Source: Glaucostegus cemiculus (lineage: Eukaryota). From it: DNA of 64,000 bases. The notes under the pieces are model-generated. The model did not search any database. It was not told the DNA's origin and saw nothing but the letters and a program-made list of their open reading frames with translations. Positions within the stretch are counted from its first letter, which is position 1; every line of letters begins with the position of its first letter. Of the stretch, positions 63,299 through 64,000 are shown one piece after another. The stretch is taken from positions 14,198,001-14,262,000 of the forward strand of contig CDPCPM010000052.1 in NCBI GenBank assembly GCA_976551045.1, written 5' to 3'. A program made the translations under genes and the position numbers.

Positions 63299-64000
63299 TG
63301 TCTCCTTTATGGACCCATAACTGACAAGACATTTTATGAACTCCTTTTACCCTCCACTTGTCTTAATCCAATCATGTTCTTTTTTAATGCTTCTCACCCA
63401 TTCTTTTCTGTTGTTTCTTTAGTTGGCAACTTTTGTTCCCAACTTTTTTTTCCCTCTTTTTCGGAAGGTACAAGTCCCTTAAGGATTCACTAAAGCTACA
63501 ACTCCTGATGTATGAACCTAGCAAAATTGTAAGCTTGGCAGACAATTCAAGATCAATTATCTGAATTAGCACTGAACCTGGTCCTGTCCTCCCCTGATCC
63601 AATGTCCTTTCAACAAAAGAACAATGAGATCTAATGAGGTATACAAAGAATTTGAAGGCCCATTGAATTTGGCATCAAGTGAGATATGACCTCCCTCAGA
63701 AATGAATTTGTAACCCTAAAGTGGGTTGCTGAGCTTAAAATAATAAATATAACTATTAATTCAGAAGGATGATGGTCAATCTGTTGATTGGAAATAATAA
63801 ACACTTAACCAAACCCTTGTGGCATTGTTCACGGTCAGACGGAAAATACTACCAAACTTGTGGTTAATAAAATGGAATGGAATAAGTGTTGCATTTTAAT
63901 ATGACACAGGAATTTCAAATAATGTGGAAATGTGTTAACACACAAGTCACTGCTTCCCTCTTTGTGACTGAATACCGAACAAAATACATGACTTTGTAGT

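Larger units (their letters stand above)
41499..64000 (-). other. ASTN2: 3' part of the last ASTN2 intron
   Basis: No exon encoding the preceding ...FGDFVWRSEDELGPR-type segment was found in this interval. Confidence 0.75.

Noticed and set aside
41499-64000. Nested TRIM32 or further ASTN2 exons
   Set aside because: No RING, B-box or NHL ORF and no ASTN2-like translation found; expected further upstream.
1-64000. CRISPR arrays, rRNA genes, prokaryotic operons or viral ORFs
   Set aside because: No regularly spaced repeats, rRNA motifs or long non-transposon ORFs; the content is vertebrate intronic and intergenic DNA.

Overview
Vertebrate genomic DNA, most likely an elasmobranch (HE1/V-SINEs, CR1/HER1-type LINE tails, shark-type Penelope and Harbinger relics). 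Only two host coding exons are supported, and they are convergent. The first is the terminal exon of pappalysin-1 (PAPPA, + strand, 13888-14001, VIPFPMSCELHGDCACRDPTAQEH...), followed by a long putative 3'UTR to about 20650. The second is the terminal exon of astrotactin-2 (ASTN2, - strand, 41261-41498, ...MVWYSTLHDAKVTCDEKLMSVPRNIYGDTKLW). Positions 1-13887 and 41499-64000 are the last introns of the two genes; their penultimate exons were not found in the window. The rest is a mosaic of CR1, L2, RTE, L1, Rex1/Babar-like, Penelope and Harbinger relics and several SINE families. The best leads are: (i) at least seven minimal hammerhead-ribozyme motifs in short palindromic Penelope-derived repeats, one at the 3' end of a Penelope copy; (ii) a splice donor overlapping the ASTN2 stop codon with downstream exon-like units that could give alternative C-termini; (iii) SINEs with one tRNA-like head but different LINE-type tails; (iv) a CpG-rich minisatellite retro-insert. 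Gene identities come from my recollection of the human proteins, and transposon boundaries are approximate.
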